A stretch of DNA of 32,000 nucleotides, from the NCBI RefSeq assembly GCF_000237865.1, contig NC_017459.1, positions 390,001 through 422,000 on the forward strand, in the 5' to 3' direction. The notes beneath the pieces are model-generated. The model saw nothing but the letters and a program-made list of their open reading frames with translations. It searched no databases and was not told the DNA's origin. Positions 18,452 to 26,834 of the stretch are shown in pieces. A program made the position numbers and the translations under genes. This DNA comes from Haloquadratum walsbyi C23. GTDB lineage: Archaea > Halobacteriota > Halobacteria > Halobacteriales > Haloferacaceae. Each line of letters begins with the position of its first letter. The first letter of the stretch is position 1.

Positions 18452-19304
18452 CAGATATTCCTCTCATTAATCATACATTGTAATACGGTGAGACTATCTA
18501 CAGCTTTCTGTGTAGTATTCTCCATAATACAACCGTTCTTGCCGCCTTTTGCTACTAATACTCTCACAATAGAATACTGACATATTAACTGTATATCAAC
18601 ATAGCAAGTTAGACACACAGGTTATTGTGGACTTCGAGATAGCTATAATTGACAATTAACCGATATTTGTGGACGATGAGTACATGATAATCAGAAGAAG
18701 CGTTACATATTGAGATGCAGGCTTTCAGATCCGAACATTTTCGCTCAAACCAGATGGGTTGATAAAACGATTAGTTCATGCATGCTCTAGCACATCTAAG
18801 TAACATGAGTCGTAGCGAAGGTAAAATCATTGTCGCATCATAGAATGCCCAACAATATTCATCACTAGGTCTTATATTGTCGGATTTAATTGGCTGGGAA
18901 CCTCAGAGGATAATTAAAAGAGATAATATATTAATAAACTACCTACATGCTATCTAGATGAATATGAGTGCCGAGGCCAGCTTTCTATCTACACACCTGC
19001 GAGAAGAAGTGTACGGACATGGGAGAATCGTGTCTGCTACCCGCTGAGAGAGGGCGGTCGTAATCTAAAGGCGAATAGAGCACACTCCGAGACTTCCAGG
19101 AGCGATTGCCCCCGGTCTCTACACTATCTGCTTAATCCAAGTCATGATTCACCGGGATACATAACTACCGGCACTCTTCCAAGACATATGAGAGCGCTCG
19201 TACTCGCAGAGAGCTCAGGAACAGTCAATAGTGATGCTGAAACGGCTGTTGATTACTATCAGGGAAATTTTCTTCCAGTTTCACAATTGATTGATGGAAT
19301 AAAG

Positions 19305-20244
19305 GGCTGTGTTGAATCGCCATACAGCGGTGGAATTCACTGTTTCACGGCTCGCTTGATGTTATAGACCACACACATCAGCGCGATTTCTCGGAACTCA
19401 CGGAACCAAGTACGCGCTCGCACGGCGAAGCCGAGCGAGCGCTTGACAGCCGAGTTCACTGTCTCGGTCATTGAGCGCTGATTGTAGCGTTGTTCGTCGA
19501 TTCTGGCGTTATGAGCGTGGTCGTACGGAGCGAAGATACGATGTTTGATGAGCGGGCGAATCCCGAGGTCACGAAGAGATTCGCGGAGCGATTGCTTGTC
19601 GTATCCCTTGTCGGCGGCGAGCGACCGCAGATCGCCCGCGTTTCGGCGGGCGATCTGCTCGGCAAGGTCTGCGTCACTTCCCTTCCGGTTCGTCGAACAG
19701 TGTACGTCGAGGACGGCCTGCGACGCTGTATCGACGAGTTTCGTGACCTTCAATTTCTGCACGCGGTAGCTGATTCGCTGGCAGTAGTGGCGGCTCGCAG
19801 CTGAGCGTTCGTAGAAGGTAGCGTCGATCGCACCGTGTTCGGAGGGGTCGTGCAGCTGCGCCGACTGGCGCAGCAGCACTCGACAGACGCTCATGCTGAT
19901 CCGGTCGAACGCCTTACACAACGTGGATGGTGAGGGGAGATCGGCCGCTTCAAGGCCGATCTCCCCGGTTATTTGTGGCATCTCCTTCAGCAGGTCAATC
20001 GTCATCCGGTAGGACGTGTCGAGGTAAATTCGGAGACAATGGAGGGAAACGAGCGCGTAGTCGGCGAATCCGCCGCCACCTTCCGGGGCGGCGGATTCGT
20101 CTCCGTCGCCAGTAACCCTTTGAGAAATCGGGACAATCTCGCTAGTGAAGCGGGAGATTTGCGTCATGGACATTCGCAGTCTCCCGCTTCAACTCCTTTG
20201 ATTTAACGACCCATCCCGACGCCGCCTAGCGATTCAACACAGCC
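19305..20244 (-). mobile_element. 940-bp insertion sequence (IS4/IS5-superfamily DDE type) with 16-bp terminal inverted repeats and 8-bp target-site duplication
   Basis: Left end GGCTGTGTTGAATCGC (19305-19320) is the exact reverse complement of right end GCGATTCAACACAGCC (20229-20244). It is flanked by direct repeats GAATAAAG (19297-19304 and 20245-20252). It has one transposase ORF and clearly higher GC than the flanking DNA. Confidence 0.9.
19337..20173 (-). CDS. DDE transposase (IS5/IS4-like)
   Basis: 278 aa. Candidate DDE residues lie in GAIDATFYE, LAADKGYD and YNQRSMTETVNSAVKRSLG (the Y-x-x-R-x-x-x-E-x-x-x-x-x-x-K pattern of IS4/IS5 enzymes). It fills the IS between the inverted repeats. 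Confidence 0.85.
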   Translation of the reverse strand: MSMTQISRFTSEIVPISQRVTGDGDESAAPEGGGGFADYALVSLHCLRIYLDTSYRMTIDLLKEMPQITGEIGLEAADLPSPSTLCKAFDRISMSVCRVLLRQSAQLHDPSEHGAIDATFYERSAASRHYCQRISYRVQKLKVTKLVDTASQAVLDVHCSTNRKGSDADLAEQIARRNAGDLRSLAADKGYDKQSLRESLRDLGIRPLIKHRIFAPYDHAHNARIDEQRYNQRSMTETVNSAVKRSLGFAVRARTWFREFREIALMCVVYNIKRAVKQ

Positions 20245-20715
20245 GAATAAAGCCATACGGTGATGTTGAGACTCGTATAATCACAGATTCCAACAGCTTA
20301 ATCTCGGGGTCATCGAATGTGTCCGAGGAACCAGAACAATCCAATGAGGATGCTCTGGAAGCCGCTACTTCTCTCCTCATTGAATCTGGTTCCGATTTTC
20401 ACGCTGTCGTCATTTTACTTACTACCGATGTGTTTCGAGAGGTTGTAGCTGAAGATTGGGACAACATAATCGAGGAGGTAAATGAGGATGCAATCTGGTG
20501 TCTCGGAACCAGTAGATCTGGTATTTCCAGCTGTGATATCGATAACCTGCAAGAGAACATTCGAGAGCTATTCATTTACGAACGTGTTGGCGTCGCTCCC
20601 ATTGATAGTGATACACGCGAGTCGTTGTTAGCCTCCGTCGAATCTCACGACAAGGAACTACAATAGTACCTTTCCGAACCCCTATAATAGATGACGGGCG
20701 ATTGTTGCATATGAC

Positions 20716-22512
20716 TTGGACCGACGTGATATCATGAATTCTAACCCTGAGATTTCGCCGTTGAACGAGGAAATCATGTCAGATAATGGAAAGGGATCCC
20801 TCTTTTACCGGGTACACCCTTACCCCACTAAGGTTCCTCCATCTATTCTAAAACAACTGATCGAGCACTACACTGATCCTGGTGATTTGGTACTTGATCC
20901 GTTCTGCGGTAGCGGCGCAACAGGATACGCTGCAAAGCTCTCCGGGCGGGACTTTTCAATCTCAGATCTTAGTCCCTACGCAGTCCATATTGCTCGAGGA
21001 TACACTGAATCTTGCTCGACAGATGAGATCGACGATGCATTAGAGACCGTTTTCACTATCCTCAAAGAGACCCGAGATACCTACAAAACGGCTTGTCGAT
21101 CCTGCCAACGGCAAGTGGAAGGTCGATATTGGGTCTGGTCGTGGGAATTTGAGTGCCCAACATGCGAAAATACTTGGACGCTAGATCCTGATGAAGGGCA
21201 GTCGGGCCGAGGTAAAGTAACATGTCCAGACTGCGACACAGAACACTCACAGAGCGACGTACATTCTGGTCAAGATGTTCCGATTCGAGTTGCGTATAAA
21301 TGCTCGGAGTGCAACAGCAAGGCCGTCGAAAAGCAGGTATCTCCAGCAGAACAGGATCGACTTGTCGCACTGGAAGACTCCGACGTTGGATCGAGTCGCT
21401 ACGACCGACCGATGATGCACGTCGAAGATGGCACTGAGTGGGGTGACCAGTACCGTGACGGCAATCACGAGTACGTAAACTCGGTGTCTTCGTTCTTCAC
21501 TGGTCGAAATTGGGAGATATTGGTCGAACTCTGGGAAACACTAGAGTCAGTGGAAAATAATCTGGTGCGAAATGCCCTCGAATTTGCCTTTACTGCGTCT
21601 CTTTACACCTCCTCAAAAATGGTTCGCTGCCGGCCTAAACGAGATGGCCGAAGTAATAATCCAGGAACGCTATATCTCCCACCCTTAGCCCTCGAACAGA
21701 ATGTCTTCAGGGTTTTCGAAAGACGGGTTAAGAAAGTACGGAAGCTCAAGATTAAACTGTCAGGTGCAGAAGCCCAACAAATGCTGACCTCTGATGGAAT
21801 CGCCGCACGTGGGGAAGGGACCATTGGGGTTCGAGATGCGCGAGATCTCGAGGACCTGAAAGACGATTCAGTAGATTACGTGGTCACTGATCCCCCGTTC
21901 GGTGATAGTCTTCAGTACGCAGAATTGAATTTCATCCCAGAGTCGTTTATTGGCACTTTCACTGAGGCAGAGAACGAAATCGTCGTCAACGATACCCGAT
22001 CAGTTTCTGAGACGGAATATCTTGATCGGATGGGGGACGCATTTGAAGAGGCGTATCGCGTCCTCAAGTTGGGGGGGTATATATCTATTATCTTTAATAA
22101 TACCTCGCCACTCGTTTGGGCAGGGATGAAACGACGTCTCCTCAAATCTGGGTTCGAACTTCCAGCAGTAACAGGAATTGTCAAGGGACACGCAAGTAAG
22201 AACCAGACCGTGTATGCAGGATCAACGAGCCGGTTCGACCCTGTATTCCACGCACGTAAACCGAGAGACTTAGAGTCCGTATCCGAGATTATCGAATATT
22301 CAGAGGAAGAGAGTGAGGAACTCGCCATTGATGTCGCATCAGGGGTTATCGAAGAGGATTCTCACAAAGAGTTCGCGGATTCAATCGCGTATATCCACAG
22401 TCAGGTGACTCAACGTCTTCTGGAGATGGATGCAATCGTTCATCCTCCCTCTCCAAAAACACTCAAGCGTCTCTTAGAAGACGCGGGTCAAGCTGATTTC
22501 GTCGAGGCCTGA
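20716..22512 (+). CDS. DNA methyltransferase (N6-adenine or N4-cytosine), motif order X/I - Zn-ribbon insert - IV
   Basis: HPYPTKVPPSILKQLIEHYTDPGDLVLDPFCGSGATG (AdoMet motif I, residues 61-70) lies near the N-terminus. Four CxxC motifs follow (CRSC, CPTC, CPDC, CSEC; 21094-21312). Catalytic DYVVTDPPFGDS is at residues 392-395, then LKLGGYISIIFNN. The likely ATG start is 20734 (MNSNPE); the track starts at TTG 20716. Confidence 0.85.
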   Translation: MDRRDIMNSNPEISPLNEEIMSDNGKGSLFYRVHPYPTKVPPSILKQLIEHYTDPGDLVLDPFCGSGATGYAAKLSGRDFSISDLSPYAVHIARGYTESCSTDEIDDALETVFTILKETRDTYKTACRSCQRQVEGRYWVWSWEFECPTCENTWTLDPDEGQSGRGKVTCPDCDTEHSQSDVHSGQDVPIRVAYKCSECNSKAVEKQVSPAEQDRLVALEDSDVGSSRYDRPMMHVEDGTEWGDQYRDGNHEYVNSVSSFFTGRNWEILVELWETLESVENNLVRNALEFAFTASLYTSSKMVRCRPKRDGRSNNPGTLYLPPLALEQNVFRVFERRVKKVRKLKIKLSGAEAQQMLTSDGIAARGEGTIGVRDARDLEDLKDDSVDYVVTDPPFGDSLQYAELNFIPESFIGTFTEAENEIVVNDTRSVSETEYLDRMGDAFEEAYRVLKLGGYISIIFNNTSPLVWAGMKRRLLKSGFELPAVTGIVKGHASKNQTVYAGSTSRFDPVFHARKPRDLESVSEIIEYSEEESEELAIDVASGVIEEDSHKEFADSIAYIHSQVTQRLLEMDAIVHPPSPKTLKRLLEDAGQADFVEA

Positions 22513-22515
22513 AAC

Positions 22516-24147
22516 ATGTGTGAGAAAGAATCGCCTACACTTGAGGATGAGCTATCTGTGGAACGAGCGGGGACTAATTCGACTGTTTCGCGCCAAGAAG
22601 ACGTTTCAAAACGCAAGGCGACGGGCGCGTTCTACACGCCTCCAGAACTGGCAAACTTCGTCGTTGACCGGGGACTGAGCCTTCGAAACACGTCTGAGCG
22701 GCTCTCTGCTCTTGATCCTTCTGTCGGTGGTGGGGTGTTCTTAGACAGTATTGCCCAGCGGTTTCAAAATGAACCAGAAATCTCTCTTGAGCTGGTCGGT
22801 GTTGATATCGAAGAGCGTGCGCTTGCTGCCACCGAAGATGTTCTAGCAGCATACGACCAGTCGACGATGACGGTCAACCTAGCTCATGACGACTTCTTCC
22901 GCTGGCGTTGGTCGGCGATGGACGCTGATTTCGACCTCATCGTCGGGAACCCACCGTGGGGACTGACAAGTTCCGAGGCGAACGGGTCACCGATTTACCG
23001 GGAGTTGTCCCTGGATTTCGTCCATCATAGTCTCCAACTGCTGGGCGATAACGGATGTCTAAGCCTCCTCCTTCCGGGAACATGGGTATTCTCACGCTCA
23101 GATACAGAATTCCGCGATTTTCTCCTTGGCCTGAATCGGTCTATTGAGATATATCAAATCAGTCCGGACTGGTTCCCTGATGCAACTTTTACAGTTGAAC
23201 CGGTTGTCTTGATCGTGGGGTCGAAAGCGGGCGAACAGGATCCACAGCTATCAATCTATGACGCGACAAGCATCCCGATAAACAGTAACCAACTCTATCA
23301 GTTGCCGTTAGACCGCTTCCACGACTATCCCGCACAGAAGTTCCCGATCGCCCCAGCATCTTTTCATAGATTCATTAATGGGTCTGAACTGTCGAACATA
23401 GTCACTACCCCACCCGGACTCGGGTATCAGCCGTATAGCGGTGTTAAAACATATGCGAACAAGACGTATGTCTACGACGCCGTGAGCGCCATGGAAAATA
23501 AAAATAATGATGATATCGAGATTCGGATGTCGCTTGACGACAGCGAAAAGCAAAATGGCGTTGAGTCTGATTGTCCTGTTCTTATACCATATGATAAAGG
23601 CGGGCGAACCAGAGATAAAGATTGGACGGCATTCTGGACTCCCACTCGACACTACCTTCGATGGGACGCTGAGGCAGTTACATACTACCGCTCGAAAGGC
23701 GGTCTCAGAAATGAAGAGACGTATTTCACTGACGGGATTCACTTCTCATCGAGTGGCCGAAACTGCCCAGTGTTTCGGCTCTCAACCGGACTAGTCTACG
23801 ACGCCGACTTCCCGTTCGTCCCAGTCGAGGGTCGTGAGCAGTGGGATCTCCTGTCCCTGCTCAACAGTCCACCGTGCATGTATTTGATCAAGCACTGTAT
23901 CAATCCAACTGTTCATTTCAAAAACCAGGACTTCGAAGACGTTCCGCTCCCGGAGTTCAAGCAGATGGATACTGATGTGCTAGTTAACACAGGTCGCCAA
24001 ATCACGAAGGTCCGAAAAGGAGAGGGACGAGTTCCAGTCGACATGTATCGGAAGCTATCGAAGGAAAGCGCGGAGTTGTACGGATTAAGTGACGACGAGG
24101 AGGAGACGGTGTGGAAGTGGTTTGAGCGAGCTCGGCTTCAGTCCTGA
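22516..24147 (+). CDS. gamma-class N6-adenine DNA methyltransferase (Eco57I/TaqI-like) with C-terminal target-recognition domain
   Basis: GAFYTPPELANFVV, LDPSVGGGVFL (motif I) and DLIVGNPPWG (motif IV, NPPW) appear in gamma order, followed by a C-terminal region of about 350 aa. It starts 3 nt after the upstream methyltransferase stop. Confidence 0.85.
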   Translation: MCEKESPTLEDELSVERAGTNSTVSRQEDVSKRKATGAFYTPPELANFVVDRGLSLRNTSERLSALDPSVGGGVFLDSIAQRFQNEPEISLELVGVDIEERALAATEDVLAAYDQSTMTVNLAHDDFFRWRWSAMDADFDLIVGNPPWGLTSSEANGSPIYRELSLDFVHHSLQLLGDNGCLSLLLPGTWVFSRSDTEFRDFLLGLNRSIEIYQISPDWFPDATFTVEPVVLIVGSKAGEQDPQLSIYDATSIPINSNQLYQLPLDRFHDYPAQKFPIAPASFHRFINGSELSNIVTTPPGLGYQPYSGVKTYANKTYVYDAVSAMENKNNDDIEIRMSLDDSEKQNGVESDCPVLIPYDKGGRTRDKDWTAFWTPTRHYLRWDAEAVTYYRSKGGLRNEETYFTDGIHFSSSGRNCPVFRLSTGLVYDADFPFVPVEGREQWDLLSLLNSPPCMYLIKHCINPTVHFKNQDFEDVPLPEFKQMDTDVLVNTGRQITKVRKGEGRVPVDMYRKLSKESAELYGLSDDEEETVWKWFERARLQS

Positions 24148-24148
24148 A

Positions 24149-25936
24149 TTATCTCGACTCCAGATCCTCGACCAAAGTGAACGGATCGAGATAGACCCTC
24201 CATCCGCACTCTACAAGTCGTTCTAGGTTGTCACGGTGACTCCAATCACCGTCCACCCACATCCACCATTCGTCGTCGGAATATTCTGGCTCAATCTGAC
24301 CGTTTTGGACGGGGAGGTTGAGTTTACCGAACCAGCCCTTCCCTCCTTCTTCTCTGGCTCGTCGACCTTCTTCATTCTTCGTCGGTTTCGACTTGATGTA
24401 CACCGAACTGTCGTCATCCTCGAAGCTGAACTCCGCCCGTGCAAACGTCGGGCGCCACATATCCTCAGCCTCACGGAACGTAATGAGGCGGTCGACGAAC
24501 TCATCATATGGTACGTCTTTGATAAAGGAGTACCATCGGCCGCCTGTGCCTATCCGATCGCCGAACTGGAGCGACGATTCTTCGATCAGATGACTCAGTG
24601 CCCAATTAGTTGGTGTGCTATTTGTCCCATTATATGCTTGATAATTAACGGAACTCCCGATCAGTTGTCGACCCGTTCTCACCCACTCGGAACTTGATTT
24701 CCCGCTAGCGTTCGATGTGATTTGATCGACAATCTGCTCGAGGATACGTCGAGTGACAGGGTCGTCAAATCGTTCACGAGAGAAGTTCTGTTCAGTAACA
24801 CTCGTCTCTTCATAGAAATCGTCGACTGGACGTTGATACAGCGAACGTAGTGCGTTTCGGTAGGCGATACGTTGGGTCTCATCCGGGTGGTTCCAGTACT
24901 CCGCCAAGCCATCGATATCACCGGACTCACAAAGGTCGCGTATCTGTGGCAATATCGATTCGGCGTTATCCACAATGTCGCGTCCCGCTTCGACTTCGGG
25001 TATCTCCTCTGCAGCCTTGTCGAGAACGGCACGGAGAAGGGGCTGACCCTCTTCGGCGAACTGATCAAGTTCTGCGTCTCCATCCCCGATTTTCTTCCAG
25101 GCCGCTTTCAGTCCAAATCTATCCGCAGGGGTCCCTCCCGAGGTAATCTGATCATCCAGAAAGGCCATATTCAATTTGTGCTCATCGGTACCTCGGTAAT
25201 CATGTCGAGCACGGTGTTCTGTTAGACCTAATGGAGACAAAGGGAAGCCATTCTGTTTGAACTGTTCGAATCGGTCGAGTAATCGTCCTCCGACGAGGTC
25301 TATGATTTCATTGTCCGATTTGTTTTCGAGACGGTCTTTAAGCCAAGTTACGAACTCAACAGGGTCGTCAAAGGGTGCGTACGCTTCAAGAAGTGCCTGT
25401 TTGATTCCAGTGTCGGGATCAGTCGGTTCAGAATCTAAGTATTCGTACGAGGGGTACGAGACGAAGTCTAGAAAAAGCTCGTATTGCGTTGGAATCCATT
25501 TCCTGACGTATCGTCGATTACCGAATATTACGTCACCGAACGCTGTATCCTGTGGAAGTCCTTCAACGGTCGAATCAGGGGCTCTTGTTCGTGAACCGAG
25601 GAACGAGAATTCTTCCAGTGTTTCGATTGCTTTGTACGACTTATTCGGTTCCTCAGACACGTTCTTCTCGTCTTTCCAGTGGGTAACTTCTAAGACTAAC
25701 GCGCGGTCGGCGGTCTGTGATCCGTCAGCGACTTTGAATATTCCGAGGTCGAAAACATCGGGAACATCAGCGTCGGAATATTGCGGTGTGTACTGGTGAA
25801 CGATCCTCCAATCTTCAGACTTTGGAAAGGTCAGCTCTGCACAAGCCTTCGTTAGAGCTTCAAAAAGATCGCCAGCATGGACAGAGTCTCCACGGGCGCC
25901 ATGGAAGCCGCTACCACTTATGACGCTATCACTCAT
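24149..25936 (-). CDS. 595-aa acidic protein of unknown function (candidate nuclease/effector of the methyltransferase module)
   Basis: Long ORF with haloarchaeal acidic composition. Its start overlaps the upstream 255-aa ORF by 8 nt, and its stop codon lies 1 nt from the methyltransferase-2 stop. I recognised no Walker A, HNH, GIY-YIG or PLD motif. There is a weak PD-(D/E)xK-like pattern, VPDVFDLGIF...LVLEVTHWK, near the N-terminus. Confidence 0.75.
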   Translation of the reverse strand: MSDSVISGSGFHGARGDSVHAGDLFEALTKACAELTFPKSEDWRIVHQYTPQYSDADVPDVFDLGIFKVADGSQTADRALVLEVTHWKDEKNVSEEPNKSYKAIETLEEFSFLGSRTRAPDSTVEGLPQDTAFGDVIFGNRRYVRKWIPTQYELFLDFVSYPSYEYLDSEPTDPDTGIKQALLEAYAPFDDPVEFVTWLKDRLENKSDNEIIDLVGGRLLDRFEQFKQNGFPLSPLGLTEHRARHDYRGTDEHKLNMAFLDDQITSGGTPADRFGLKAAWKKIGDGDAELDQFAEEGQPLLRAVLDKAAEEIPEVEAGRDIVDNAESILPQIRDLCESGDIDGLAEYWNHPDETQRIAYRNALRSLYQRPVDDFYEETSVTEQNFSRERFDDPVTRRILEQIVDQITSNASGKSSSEWVRTGRQLIGSSVNYQAYNGTNSTPTNWALSHLIEESSLQFGDRIGTGGRWYSFIKDVPYDEFVDRLITFREAEDMWRPTFARAEFSFEDDDSSVYIKSKPTKNEEGRRAREEGGKGWFGKLNLPVQNGQIEPEYSDDEWWMWVDGDWSHRDNLERLVECGWRVYLDPFTLVEDLESR

Positions 25937-26696
25937 GTGTTTCGTCTCTAAGTAGATGGTTTCCTATTCGGTCCATATTGTTACGAAATTCATATTTATT
26001 TTCGGCCTTCAAAACTGTTGTTCCTGTTGGTAGCTCTCCACTAGCGCAAGGGTTAGAATGTTCAAGTATGGCGGCAGTATTATTGCTTCTTAGTTCACTC
26101 AGAAGATCTACCTGTTCTCTTAGACGCTCACATGATTTGTTTAATGACACTTCCATACCGAGGGTTGGGAAAATCGGTTCCCCCTGGTCTTCTGCGGCGA
26201 TCGGACCATTAGAGTTGGTTTCGGTCTTATACCGCCTCTCACCTGAACTGCTTCCACTCCAAGATACGATTACATGCTCTCCTACGAATGGATCCGAATG
26301 TTGCTCAATCTCGAAAGTCCCCGAATAGACAAGTAAATCTGGCCGGTCTCGCGATCGTAAGAACGGACTTCCTTCTCTAAAAAAAGACAGTGACTGTTGA
26401 TCTCGCTTGACTTCAAAAATTGGCGAAACCCAAGATAGGAGATCCGAGATATCCGCTTGCTGGTTTATTCCCGAGCCTTGGGTTACACGACGGTATGGTA
26501 TATGATTCGTGTGCGAAAGATCTAGCTGTTCGTCAACCGGAACAAAGTCATTTTTTAGGCAAAATTGAATTAATTTTGCTATGGTGATTGACTCAAAGCG
26601 TTTCGGTCTTCCAGGTGGTTCGTTTATAATTTCTACCCCTTCTTCGGTTAATGATAGAGAAAGCTCACTCAGTGCTTGTTTACTCCAATGATCCAT
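25929..26696 (-). CDS. 255-aa protein of unknown function (candidate small subunit or nuclease)
   Basis: First gene of the minus-strand pair, with coding-like composition. A possible PD-(D/E)xK signature is ADISDLLSWVSPIFEVKRD (D85...E95-V-K97; 26406-26444), followed by RPDLLVY. Confidence 0.7.
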   Translation of the reverse strand: MDHWSKQALSELSLSLTEEGVEIINEPPGRPKRFESITIAKLIQFCLKNDFVPVDEQLDLSHTNHIPYRRVTQGSGINQQADISDLLSWVSPIFEVKRDQQSLSFFREGSPFLRSRDRPDLLVYSGTFEIEQHSDPFVGEHVIVSWSGSSSGERRYKTETNSNGPIAAEDQGEPIFPTLGMEVSLNKSCERLREQVDLLSELRSNNTAAILEHSNPCASGELPTGTTVLKAENKYEFRNNMDRIGNHLLRDETHE

Positions 26697-26834
26697 ATCA
26701 CGGGGATTGTATCCCCATAAGTTGAGTATTTCTCAAGAGTGCTGTGAGCCATCCATAGAAGATGTTTTGTCGAGTCGGTAATTAGAAACGATCAAGCTTG
26801 AACACTGTGAGACGCTGATTCAGTAAAATCTCCA

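Larger units (their letters stand above)
19188..20666 (+). pseudogene. 176-aa acidic hypothetical protein gene split by an IS insertion
   Basis: ATG 19188 opens MRALVLAESSGTVNSDAETAVDYYQGNFLPVSQLIDGIK, ending exactly at the IS boundary (19304). After removing the IS and one copy of the 8-bp duplication, the frame continues from 20253 (PYGDVETRIITDSNSLISGSSN). It runs in phase into listed ORF 20319..20666 (VSEEPEQSNEDALEAA...KELQ). Confidence 0.7.

Noticed and set aside
16638-19187. A tRNA gene or att site as the integration target near the integrase
   Set aside because: I could not recognise any cloverleaf-like tRNA sequence, or convincing long direct repeats, by eye. This needs tRNAscan and a repeat search.
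19468-20206. Plus- and minus-strand ORFs overlapping the transposase gene (19468..19677, 19490..19804, 19545..19769, 19927..20115, 19973..20206)
   Set aside because: These are shadow ORFs in the GC-rich IS. The 278-aa DDE transposase explains the coding capacity.
24149-24400. A Walker A / P-loop in the 595-aa protein (GKGWFGKL near the C-terminus)
   Set aside because: The pattern lacks the GK[ST] ending and the usual beta-strand context, and no Walker B follows. It is unlikely to be an NTPase.
21062-26328. ORFs antisense to the methyltransferases and to the 595/255-aa genes (for example 21062..21370, 21912..22328, 22574..22852, 23308..23742, 24236..24697, 24872..25225, 25257..25799, 25978..26328)
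   Set aside because: They are embedded in longer ORFs that have clear motifs or acidic composition, and their sequences are Ser/Arg/Cys-rich. There is no independent support.
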